NCBI GenBank assembly: GCA_017484065.1
Contig: JAFUTX010000017.1
Location: 430-64,429 of the forward strand
Direction of reading: 5' to 3'
DNA from: Bacilli bacterium
GTDB taxonomy: Bacteria > Bacillota_I > Bacilli_A > RF39 > UBA660
DNA: 64,000 bases
Of this stretch, positions 39,015 through 47,419 are shown in pieces; the first letter of the stretch is position 1, and each line of letters opens with the position of its first letter. The position numbers and the translations under genes are program-made. Below the pieces are notes generated by a model. It did no database searches and was not told where the DNA came from. It saw only the letters and a program-made list of their open reading frames with translations.

Positions 39015-39036
39015 GTTCGTGTTATTTGTCACGAAC
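39015..39036. promoter_or_regulatory. Perfect 7-bp inverted repeat GTTCGTG-N8-CACGAAC upstream of the radical SAM operon; candidate operator or a weak terminator
   Basis: Read directly. It lies between the DUF421 stop (39056) and the radical SAM start. No convincing U-run follows it on the minus strand. Confidence 0.35.
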
Positions 39037-39055
39037 AAATGATTGGTAATTTATG

Positions 39056-39703
39056 CTATTTTATATCACTCTTCTTTATTAAAAAGATTTTATTATATTT
39101 GTAAAATGCATAAAAGATATCTTTACTAGTTAAGTTTCTTTTATTTAATTCTTCATCTAGCCAAGCTTTATTCTTTTTGATTTGACCTAGTGATTTATAT
39201 TGAATTACCCCATCGATTATTATTGGCATTGGGTAGTAACCTTTAAGTTTCATAAAATTATATTTAAATATTGATAATTTACCATTGGGTTCTAAAAAAG
39301 CATATTCAACATCTTCTAAATTTCTTATTTCTTTTTGCCTTAAACTTAAAAGCAAATCATCCATCGTATATCTTTGTTTAATCATTTCATGATAATTTAT
39401 TTTACCATTACTAATAATTAAAGAAGGCTTACCATCTAATATAGTTCTAATCTTTTGATTTTTTAAAGAGATAAACCCTAATACTAATTCAATACCTACT
39501 AAAAGAATAATTGGTACAATAGTCATAAATATAGATTGTTTAATATTCTCAATACTTATAGCAACCATTTCAGCTATTAATATCGATATTATTAAATCAA
39601 TTATTCCTAGTTGGCCAACTTCTCTTTTACCCATAATACGATAACAAATAGTAATAAAAAAATAAAAGAATATAGTTCGATATATAATTGAAAATAATTC
39701 CAT
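39056..39703 (-). CDS. DUF421 (YetF-like) membrane protein
   Basis: IYRTIFFYFFITICYRIMGKREVGQLGIIDLI is typical of the family. The likely start is ATG at 39703, after TAGGTGA. Confidence 0.7.
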   Translation of the reverse strand: MELFSIIYRTIFFYFFITICYRIMGKREVGQLGIIDLIISILIAEMVAISIENIKQSIFMTIVPIILLVGIELVLGFISLKNQKIRTILDGKPSLIISNGKINYHEMIKQRYTMDDLLLSLRQKEIRNLEDVEYAFLEPNGKLSIFKYNFMKLKGYYPMPIIIDGVIQYKSLGQIKKNKAWLDEELNKRNLTSKDIFYAFYKYNKIFLIKKSDIK

Positions 39704-39778
39704 AATAAAATCACCTATTATAATTATGGTATATTTCATAATTTTTTAATCATATCATACGATTAATTAGGTGATTAT

Positions 39779-40138
39779 ATGAAAAAGTTATTAAATTATT
39801 TAAAAAATATTGGCTACTACATTGCTATTATCTTTATCATTACTTTAGTTTTATCTCTGTTGAATCTCTTTGGTTTAAACAAAAATGTAACAACAGTTAT
39901 TTCATTAATAAGTATGGTAATCTTATTCTTAGTATTAGGATATATTCATGGTAAAAAAGCTAGTAGTAAAGGGTTTATAACTGGATTAAAGCTAGGTATA
40001 GTTATGCTTATTATTTTACTAATATTAAATCTAATATTCTTTAGAACCAAGTTTAGTATTAATACTATAATCTATTATTTAATACTACTTACTTCATCTT
40101 CTTTTGGAGGTACGATTGGTATAAATAAAAAGAAATAA
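39779..40138 (+). CDS. Small 4-TM membrane protein (YrzE-like)
   Basis: About 120 aa with four hydrophobic segments, ending GGTIGINKKK. Confidence 0.45.
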   Translation: MKKLLNYLKNIGYYIAIIFIITLVLSLLNLFGLNKNVTTVISLISMVILFLVLGYIHGKKASSKGFITGLKLGIVMLIILLILNLIFFRTKFSINTIIYYLILLTSSSFGGTIGINKKK

Positions 40139-40155
40139 TACTAATGTACTATTTC

Positions 40156-40521
40156 CTAAATCCATCTAGATATATTAATTTTCCTTGTTGCAAACATAAT
40201 ATAGTTTTCAAAAATATCAATTATACTATCAACTATATTTCTTAAAACATCTCCTGTTTTCTTAACTCTAAGAGTTAAGATTTTTTCTTTCATTTCTTTA
40301 CGAAACATATTATCTTCTATATATTTATTAATTGCGGTGTCAAAAACTTTTAATTTATTTAATTCATCTAAATTATTACTATTTATTTTGCAAACATAAT
40401 TTTCATATATTTTTATTATTTTTTCCGTAATAATATCATCTTCTGTATAATCAGTATTAACTATCTTATAATAATTAGGACAATACTTTAAGATTTCTTT
40501 ATTATTATTCACTACTATCAC
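40156..40521 (-). CDS. Hypothetical protein
   Basis: ORF only. Confidence 0.4.
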   Translation of the reverse strand: MIVVNNNKEILKYCPNYYKIVNTDYTEDDIITEKIIKIYENYVCKINSNNLDELNKLKVFDTAINKYIEDNMFRKEMKEKILTLRVKKTGDVLRNIVDSIIDIFENYIMFATRKINISRWI

Positions 40522-40596
40522 CTTACTATCAAGTTTACTACATCCTTATATTATTGTCAAAAACTTTTTTTACTGATATAATTATTTAGAAAGTAG

Positions 40597-41562
40597 ATGG
40601 TTGTTTTGACAAAGAAAAAGAGAAAATTAAAAAAAGGTGTTTATAAATTTTTAGTACTTCTTATTATAGTAGGATTACTTGGTTACAGTGGAATAAAATT
40701 ATATAAAGATTATAAATATAAACAAACATATGAATATAAATTATTGCAACATGGTTATAAATTAGAAGAAGTTAAAATTTTAGAAAAAAACTTTGATAAT
40801 AAAAGATTAGATTGGTTACTTTCTGTACCTAAGAATAAAACTGTCCTAAATCTATTAAAAGAAAAGTATTATATAGCTAATAAATTAGATGATTATTTAG
40901 CTTATGAAAAAGAAAATGCTAACTTATCTTTAACTGAAATAGTTTTAAAAGTAAATACATTAACTAATTATGATTTTTATGAACATACAATAGAATCAGA
41001 TATATCAAAAGGTATTTTATTAAATTGTAATAAGTATTATCGCTTACCGGAAGATTATGTACCTGAGGACTTAGTCACTATTAACACTAACTATGCTTTT
41101 GGAACAAGACAAGCTACTAAAGAAACAGTAGATGCATATATAAATATGTGGAATGCTGCAAAAGAAAATGGTATTCATTTAATGGTTAATTCAGCTTACA
41201 GATCATACTCTGATCAAGAAGCTGTTTATAATAGTTATAAAGCAAAAAATGGTGAAGCATATGCTGATAAATATGCTGCTAGACCTGGGCATAGTGAGCA
41301 TCAAACTGGTTTATCATTAGATATTTTTAGTATAGATAATACTTCTACAAAAACTTTTGAGAACTCTGCAGCTTATGCATGGTTAAAAGATAATGCTCAT
41401 AAGTATGGATTTATCTTACGTTATTCTAAAGATAAAGAAAATATAACTGGCTATAGCTTTGAAGCTTGGCACTATCGTTATGTAGGTGTTGAAGCTGCAA
41501 CTAAAGTTTATGAAGATGACATAACTTATGATGAGTACTACGCTTACTATATAGAAAAATAG
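40597..41562 (+). CDS. Membrane-anchored D-alanyl-D-alanine carboxypeptidase (VanY / peptidase M15B)
   Basis: Motifs SAYRSY, ARPGHSEHQTGLSLDI and EAWHYRYVG. Confidence 0.8.
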   Translation: MVVLTKKKRKLKKGVYKFLVLLIIVGLLGYSGIKLYKDYKYKQTYEYKLLQHGYKLEEVKILEKNFDNKRLDWLLSVPKNKTVLNLLKEKYYIANKLDDYLAYEKENANLSLTEIVLKVNTLTNYDFYEHTIESDISKGILLNCNKYYRLPEDYVPEDLVTINTNYAFGTRQATKETVDAYINMWNAAKENGIHLMVNSAYRSYSDQEAVYNSYKAKNGEAYADKYAARPGHSEHQTGLSLDIFSIDNTSTKTFENSAAYAWLKDNAHKYGFILRYSKDKENITGYSFEAWHYRYVGVEAATKVYEDDITYDEYYAYYIEK

Positions 41563-41585
41563 CAACATGATTGCTATTTTTTTAT
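41559..41585 (+). terminator. Intrinsic terminator of the vanY-like gene
   Basis: ATAGCAA-catga-TTGCTAT followed by T7. Confidence 0.75.
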
Positions 41586-41621
41586 AAAAAAGATTCCCGT
41601 CAACCACAATTTTTCAAGCAA

Positions 41622-41646
41622 ATAAAAAAAGCAAATCACTTTGCTT
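41622..41646 (-). terminator. Intrinsic terminator ending the large non-coding transcript
   Basis: The minus strand reads AAGCAAA-gtga-TTTGCTT followed by T7. On the + strand no T-run follows the hairpin. Confidence 0.7.
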
Positions 41647-42243
41647 AAATAATAAATTTACAATGGCTATCATTTGGTAAACTTTGGGTCTTAGGTCAAG
41701 CAGGATTTCCCTAGTTTCTACAAGACCGTTACCAGTCTAGCGGTTCCCCATTTCTAGAAACTAATACAAAAATTCTGTATGGCTTGATCACCACTTAGTA
41801 CCCACTGCAATCCCAAACGACATCACTCTAGGAGATTTCCTCACCAAGCTTTATTATTAATTCTTTTTTGCAAAATAGATTTCATTATGCAGTTTACTAA
41901 TTAGTTTGGCCAAATTAATTAGTCAGCTCATAAATCCCAACTATTTCACTCAAGACAAGCTACGCTACTCATAACTTTCGCCACATAGTAGGTTTCAATC
42001 CTAAGTCGTAGATGATCCATCAGCTTATCACGTATAGGTCTTCCACAAGTTTAGGTCTCCAAAATAATGGGCTTAATTTATATGCCATTATAAACCTCCC
42101 ATTATTCTATCCTTCCAGCATCCACCCCAAACTGGGCGTAAGAAGCAAACACCAGAAGTTTCACAGGTATGCTCTTTAACGGTGGTTTATTCCCGTCTTC
42201 ATAATAAAGGATTTGACTAGAATAGTGTGCCATCTCCATTACG
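41622..42243 (-). ncRNA. Candidate large (~620 nt) structured non-coding RNA of unassigned class
   Basis: There is no ORF of 60 aa or more in any frame. G+C is 45-47% in two lines I counted and 30% in a third, against ~25% in the flanks. It has a dedicated promoter and terminator. Several 8-9 bp local helices are present (see finding). Confidence 0.6.
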
Positions 42244-42249
42244 TGAACA

Positions 42250-42278
42250 ATTGTATCACATTTTTATAATTTTGTCAA
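42250..42278 (-). promoter_or_regulatory. Strong extended -10 promoter driving the large ncRNA
   Basis: The minus strand reads TTGACA (42278..42273), a 17-nt spacer ending TGa, then TACAAT (42255..42250). It lies directly after the gltX stop. Confidence 0.65.
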
Positions 42279-42292
42279 GTTCATGTAAATTT

Positions 42293-43942
42293 TTATATAT
42301 TTTTGATTCTATTTAATACTCTTTCTTTACCAAGAAGTTTTAGTATCTCATATAAATCTGGGCTTTGGTCTTTACTAGTTACTGCAATTCTAATAACGTT
42401 AGATACCTCAGCTATACTACCTTTGTAATTATCCGGATTTTCTTTATACTCTTTCATATTAGTACAATAGCCTAATTTTTCAGCCATTTCTTTCATTTTA
42501 TTGAACCAAGTATCTTTATCGTCTGATTCATTATAATAATCATTAAAATAAGTATTTAATATTTCTTTTATATCTTCATTACTAAATTTTGTATCAAAAT
42601 TATACTCTACATTAGTAAATAATTCATTATACATATACCAAATACCATTTTTAATTTCACTTAGTGATGCATAATCTTTACGAGGCTTCTTTTGCTCTCT
42701 TTCAATATTTAGTACATTAATAGTATATTCTTTGTATTTATTAATTATTTCATTAAAATCTTTATCATATTCCTTAGTATAAGTATCTAGTAAATCAAAT
42801 ACTTCTCCAGCTTTTAATCTGCTTAAATAGTTTTTAGAAATATTATCTAATTTATCTAAATCAAATAACGCCCCACTCTTACTCATCTTTTTAGGTGAGA
42901 ATTCAAATTCTGTAAAATCAGCATCAGGATGTCCTTCTCTCCATGCTTCATAATTAGAATTAGCAATAGTCATTATAGCTTCAATAACAGCATAAATAGG
43001 ATAACCTTTTTCTTCATAATAAGTCATACGTGCCTCTGGATCTAATCTCTTAGATATTTTTCTAACTTTGTCTCCATCTTTTTTCAAGATTAAAGGTATA
43101 TGAACATACTTAGGCATTTTAAACCCAAAAGTTTTAAATAATTCATAATGAATTGGTACTGAACTCATCCATTCTTGCCCTCTTACTACGTGAGTAGTAC
43201 GCATTAAGTGATCATCTACTAAATGAGCAAAATGATATGTCGGAAGTAAATTAGATGATTTCATAATTGGAATATCAATATCATTTTCTGGAAATTCCAT
43301 TTCCCCATTAGCTAAATCGTTAAATTTAAACTTACGATTAAAATCTCCTTCACTTCTTAAACGAATAGTATATTTTTCTCCATTATTAATACGTTCTGCA
43401 GCTTCTTCATTAGATATATAACGATATTTAGCATATTTGCCATAAATACCTATTCTTCTTTTATCTTTAGTTTGAGCTTCTCTAGCAGCATCCATTTCTT
43501 CTTGAGTCATAAAGCAAGGATAAGCTTTACCTTCAATTATTAAATGCTTAATAAAAGCATGATATATTTCTTTACGTTTAGATTGAATATAAGGTCCATA
43601 ACTTCCTTTTTGTTCTAATGTATCTTTATATTCATATTCATCAGGATTTAACTTATAATGTTCTAATACGTGTCTAATGTATTCTACTGCTCCTTCCACT
43701 TCTCTGGCTTGGTCAGTATCTTCATTTCTTAAAAAGAAAACTCCTCCACTATTTTTAGCAATAACATAATCTATTATAGCTGCTAAAAAATTACCAATAT
43801 GCATGAATCCAGTAGGACTTGGAGCATATCTCGTTACTTTCGCATTTTCTGATAAATCTCTTTCTGGATATAAAGCTTCATAATCTGCTACTGTTTTAGT
43901 AATATCGGGAAATATTAAATCTGCTAATTCTTTATTTGTCAT
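42293..43942 (-). CDS. gltX: Glutamate--tRNA ligase (long form)
   Basis: Class I motifs PSPTGFMHIGN and KMSKSG. Confidence 0.8.
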   Translation of the reverse strand: MTNKELADLIFPDITKTVADYEALYPERDLSENAKVTRYAPSPTGFMHIGNFLAAIIDYVIAKNSGGVFFLRNEDTDQAREVEGAVEYIRHVLEHYKLNPDEYEYKDTLEQKGSYGPYIQSKRKEIYHAFIKHLIIEGKAYPCFMTQEEMDAAREAQTKDKRRIGIYGKYAKYRYISNEEAAERINNGEKYTIRLRSEGDFNRKFKFNDLANGEMEFPENDIDIPIMKSSNLLPTYHFAHLVDDHLMRTTHVVRGQEWMSSVPIHYELFKTFGFKMPKYVHIPLILKKDGDKVRKISKRLDPEARMTYYEEKGYPIYAVIEAIMTIANSNYEAWREGHPDADFTEFEFSPKKMSKSGALFDLDKLDNISKNYLSRLKAGEVFDLLDTYTKEYDKDFNEIINKYKEYTINVLNIEREQKKPRKDYASLSEIKNGIWYMYNELFTNVEYNFDTKFSNEDIKEILNTYFNDYYNESDDKDTWFNKMKEMAEKLGYCTNMKEYKENPDNYKGSIAEVSNVIRIAVTSKDQSPDLYEILKLLGKERVLNRIKNI

Positions 43943-43993
43943 AATACACCTTCTCTTATTAATATAACATAAACTATTACTTTTTTAAAATAA

Positions 43994-45079
43994 TTATTTT
44001 ATTCTTTTTAAACTATTACATTCAAGTAAATCAAGTTCATCGATACTATAATTATTAATCATATAATTAATATCATCTTTATTAGTAGACTTTATAAACA
44101 TATTTAAACTTAATAAAGCATTTGCTTCATCTTTTAAATACTTATCATAATATACAAGTGATGTTAATCTACTATAGAAATTATTAGTTTCTTTTTGTAA
44201 TTTAACATAGTTATTTAAAATGTTAGCACTTTTACTTTCACCTTGTAAATCATACATTAAATCATTTAATCTTAAAGAATAATCACATAATTCATCTAAA
44301 TATTTATTTATCATTTGTTTTTTGATATCAATTATCTTTAACTTAGCTAAATAATCAACTGCTGCTAAAGAATTAAAATCTCCTAAAGTATTATTGAAGC
44401 TGATTTTTAAATCGTTAAATGGATTATTTTTATTAACTATCTGGTCAATCATAGTAGATATATATTTAATTATTACTAAAGCATCTTCTATTGTATAATT
44501 ATCTTTTTTAATTATTAAATTGGCTTCATTTAAAGAATATGAATATAGATAAGTATTATAATCTTCACCTACTATAATATTACTTAATATATTATCTACT
44601 AATTCAAAGTATTCTGGATACTTGTTACTAAAAAACACTTTAATAATATCTAATAAGTCATTTAATTCAATTTGAGGATTGTTATCATTTTTATTTTGAT
44701 ATGTAAAATATGATAATAATTCTCTTTGAATACTATTAGTTAATTTTATTGTATATTTTGCATTAGTTAAAAAATTCTTATAAAAACATTTTAAATTATA
44801 TAATTTCATCTTATTAATAACATTTTTAATATTTTCATCATCAATTAACGAAATTAAACTTATATCATCATTTAATTCTAATATTTTAGATGAATATAAA
44901 TAAATATCACTTATTATTATATTTTTCTTGTTTTTATCAGTTGTATTTTCTAATAATTTAATCATGTCATCTAAATCATTATATAGTTTTTGATAGTCCA
45001 TTTTTATCCCAATCTTTCTATTGATTTTTTTAACAACAAGAAAAATTATACCAATAATATACAACTTTTGCAATAGCAA
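43994..45079 (-). CDS. Hypothetical protein
   Basis: ORF only. The start is ambiguous; ATG at 45001 is an alternative. Confidence 0.4.
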   Translation of the reverse strand: MLLQKLYIIGIIFLVVKKINRKIGIKMDYQKLYNDLDDMIKLLENTTDKNKKNIIISDIYLYSSKILELNDDISLISLIDDENIKNVINKMKLYNLKCFYKNFLTNAKYTIKLTNSIQRELLSYFTYQNKNDNNPQIELNDLLDIIKVFFSNKYPEYFELVDNILSNIIVGEDYNTYLYSYSLNEANLIIKKDNYTIEDALVIIKYISTMIDQIVNKNNPFNDLKISFNNTLGDFNSLAAVDYLAKLKIIDIKKQMINKYLDELCDYSLRLNDLMYDLQGESKSANILNNYVKLQKETNNFYSRLTSLVYYDKYLKDEANALLSLNMFIKSTNKDDINYMINNYSIDELDLLECNSLKRIK

Positions 45080-45115
45080 ATATTGTCTAAATTTATCAAA
45101 AAAGAATTGTAAATA

Positions 45116-47419
45116 TTACAATTCAAATTGAGAGTTATAAAGGTCGGCATAGAACCCTTTTTGTTTCATTAATTCATTGTGGTTACCTTGTTCAATTATA
45201 TTTCCGTCTTTCATAACAAGTATTAAATCAGCATTTTTAATAGTAGATAATCTATGAGCAATAATGAATGATGTTCTACCTTCTGTTAATTTATCCATTG
45301 CTTTTTGAACTAATTCCTCAGTTCTAGTATCAACATTACTAGTTGCTTCATCAAGAATCAAGAATGGTGCATCTTCAATCATACCACGAGCTATAGTAAG
45401 AAGTTGTCTTTGACCACTAGAAACACTATCATTATCACTAATAATAGAATCAAATCCTTTTGGTAAAGTTTTAATAAAATGATCTATTCCGACAGTCTTA
45501 CATACTTCTTTTAATTTTTCATCACTTACATTTTCACGATTATAAATAATGTTTTCCTTTATCGTTCCTTCAAATAACCATGTATCTTGTAATACCATGG
45601 TAAATAACTCATGAATGTTTTCTCTACTTAAATCATTAATTGATACCCCATCAATTAATATATCTCCATCATTAATATTATAGAATTTCATAAGTAAATT
45701 AACCATTGTAGTTTTACCTGCTCCAGTTGGCCCTACTATAGCAATCTTCTCTCCATTTTTAACTTTGGCACTGAAGTTTTTAATAGTTGGTTTATCATTT
45801 CCATCATATGTAAATACTACATTTTTAAATTCGATGTTACCTTTAACTTTATTCTTATCTAATTTTTTAGATAAGCTAGATTCATCAATCATTTCTTCTT
45901 CATCAATAAATTCAAATACTCTTTCACTAGCTGCTGCTGCTGATTGTAGACTAGTAGCTGCTTGGGCAATTTGTGATAGAGGGGAAGTAAATAATCGAAC
46001 GTAAAGAATAAATGCTACAATTACTCCAAATGTAATTTTATCATTAGATACTAGTAATGCTCCTACTATGCATACTGCAACATAGCCAAAGTTTCCAATA
46101 AATTGCATCATTGGCATCATTAACCCAGATAAGAATTGACTTTTACGATTACATTCATAAACACTTTTATTTAACTTATCAAACTTTTTATTAGCTTCTT
46201 TTTCACCATTATACGCTTTAACTATGGTAATACCCGAATATATTTCTTCTATGTGACTATTTAACTTACCTAACTCTATTTGACGAGCATTAAAGTATTT
46301 TTGACTTCTACCTAATACTAAAGCCATAAAAATAAAACCAAATACACTTGCGAATATTGCCGTTAAAGCCATAATCCAGTTAGTATAAAACATCATAATA
46401 ATTGAGCCAATAAATAATGCAATAGCACTAACTAAAGTACCTAGTGATGTATTTAAAGTTTGAGCTATGGTATCAACATCATTAGTTACTCTGGATAATA
46501 TATCACCTGTTTGATGTTTATCAAAAAACTTTAATGGTAATTTATTAATCTTATCAGATATATCACTCCTTAATTCTTTTGCAAAATTATTTGATACTAA
46601 AGTCATACATATAGATTCAATAAAATTAAATAATGCACTAATTAAGTATATAATAGCTAATACGATAACTATTATATAAATATTTTTCATGTTCATACTA
46701 GGAGCTACTATCTTTCTAATACTTTTAGGCATAGTATCTAATTTTTTATATATTTCACTTTGATTATCACTATCAATTTTAGACATTTCTGTAATAAATG
46801 TAGCTTGTTCACTACTCGTAATAATTGTTCCATCTATTTGTTTCTCACTAAATAAAACTTTGCCAATACTTTCTGGTAATGTAATGTTATTCTTTTTTCC
46901 TTCATTACTCATATTACTACTTATTTTTAATAATGCAATTTTATCATTTGTAGTAATTACTACATTATTATAAATAGTTGTAGGTAAAATACTTTCTAGT
47001 ATGCTATTTGGTAATGTACTTAATTTTTGTAACATACTATTATCACTACTAGCTAATATATCAAACAATTTCTTTTTATCTTCATTACTAATATTTTTAT
47101 CGCTATTAATTTTATTGATAGTAGATTCACTTAAATCCATTTGTAAAATATTAGGAATAATTCTAGGTAAATCATTTTTTAATTCATTTGTGATACTAGT
47201 AGTTAATTGCTCCATATTCTTAGTATTAATAATTAAGCCTTTAGTTATTTCATCAGTTAAATCTGATAATTTATTTGGAGCTATAATAGATAATACAGAA
47301 GCTAGAGCTGCTACTAGTAAAGAGATTACAATAAGTTTTTTATATGATTTTAATTCACGAAATAATCTTTTAAATGCTAGCTTACTGTCCTTTGCTTTTT
47401 CTTCTTGTTGATTATGCAT
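45116..47419 (-). CDS. ABC exporter permease/ATPase subunit (consensus site) with a ~200-aa insertion between TM1 and TM2
   Basis: Motifs GPTGAGKT, VSSGQRQL and LILDEATSNVD. A long hydrophilic segment lies between the first two TM helices. Confidence 0.85.
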   Translation of the reverse strand: MHNQQEEKAKDSKLAFKRLFRELKSYKKLIVISLLVAALASVLSIIAPNKLSDLTDEITKGLIINTKNMEQLTTSITNELKNDLPRIIPNILQMDLSESTINKINSDKNISNEDKKKLFDILASSDNSMLQKLSTLPNSILESILPTTIYNNVVITTNDKIALLKISSNMSNEGKKNNITLPESIGKVLFSEKQIDGTIITSSEQATFITEMSKIDSDNQSEIYKKLDTMPKSIRKIVAPSMNMKNIYIIVIVLAIIYLISALFNFIESICMTLVSNNFAKELRSDISDKINKLPLKFFDKHQTGDILSRVTNDVDTIAQTLNTSLGTLVSAIALFIGSIIMMFYTNWIMALTAIFASVFGFIFMALVLGRSQKYFNARQIELGKLNSHIEEIYSGITIVKAYNGEKEANKKFDKLNKSVYECNRKSQFLSGLMMPMMQFIGNFGYVAVCIVGALLVSNDKITFGVIVAFILYVRLFTSPLSQIAQAATSLQSAAAASERVFEFIDEEEMIDESSLSKKLDKNKVKGNIEFKNVVFTYDGNDKPTIKNFSAKVKNGEKIAIVGPTGAGKTTMVNLLMKFYNINDGDILIDGVSINDLSRENIHELFTMVLQDTWLFEGTIKENIIYNRENVSDEKLKEVCKTVGIDHFIKTLPKGFDSIISDNDSVSSGQRQLLTIARGMIEDAPFLILDEATSNVDTRTEELVQKAMDKLTEGRTSFIIAHRLSTIKNADLILVMKDGNIIEQGNHNELMKQKGFYADLYNSQFEL

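Noticed and set aside
39001-39045. Bona fide LexA (Cheo) box
   Set aside because: Each candidate 14-mer matches only one half-site of CGAAC-N4-GTTCG. I kept it only as a generic inverted repeat.
42090-42240. 48-codon ORF (MEMAHYSSQILYYEDGNKPPLKS...) at the 5' end of the putative ncRNA, and a 22-codon ORF after GGGAGG
   Set aside because: The first has no SD. Codon usage (GGG, CCG, CTG, GTG, GCC) is unlike every real gene in the window. The frames are short and discontinuous. The composition is more consistent with structured RNA, although a small embedded peptide cannot be excluded.
41622-42243. Interpreting the ORF-free region as RNase P RNA, tmRNA, a T-box leader for gltX, or a group II intron
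   Set aside because: I found no GAGGAAAGUCC or ACAGAA..GGCUUA (RNase P). There is no tRNA-like 3' end with a T-loop and CCA (tmRNA). The region lies downstream of gltX, not upstream, so it is not a T-box leader. There is no 5' GUGYG or domain V-like hairpin (group II intron).
47001-47411. 136-aa + strand ORF. Similar short opposite-strand ORFs occur at 531..713, 5380..5670, 9445..9660, 9877..10149, 11858..12202, 21906..22157, 30192..30380, 30686..30874, 33327..33509, 33732..33920, 35467..35694, 35791..36015, 41416..41607, 45765..46004, 53924..54115 and 58211..58564.
   Set aside because: All lie inside, and antisense to, well-supported genes. They have low-complexity hydrophobic composition and no SD. 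I treat them as shadow ORFs.
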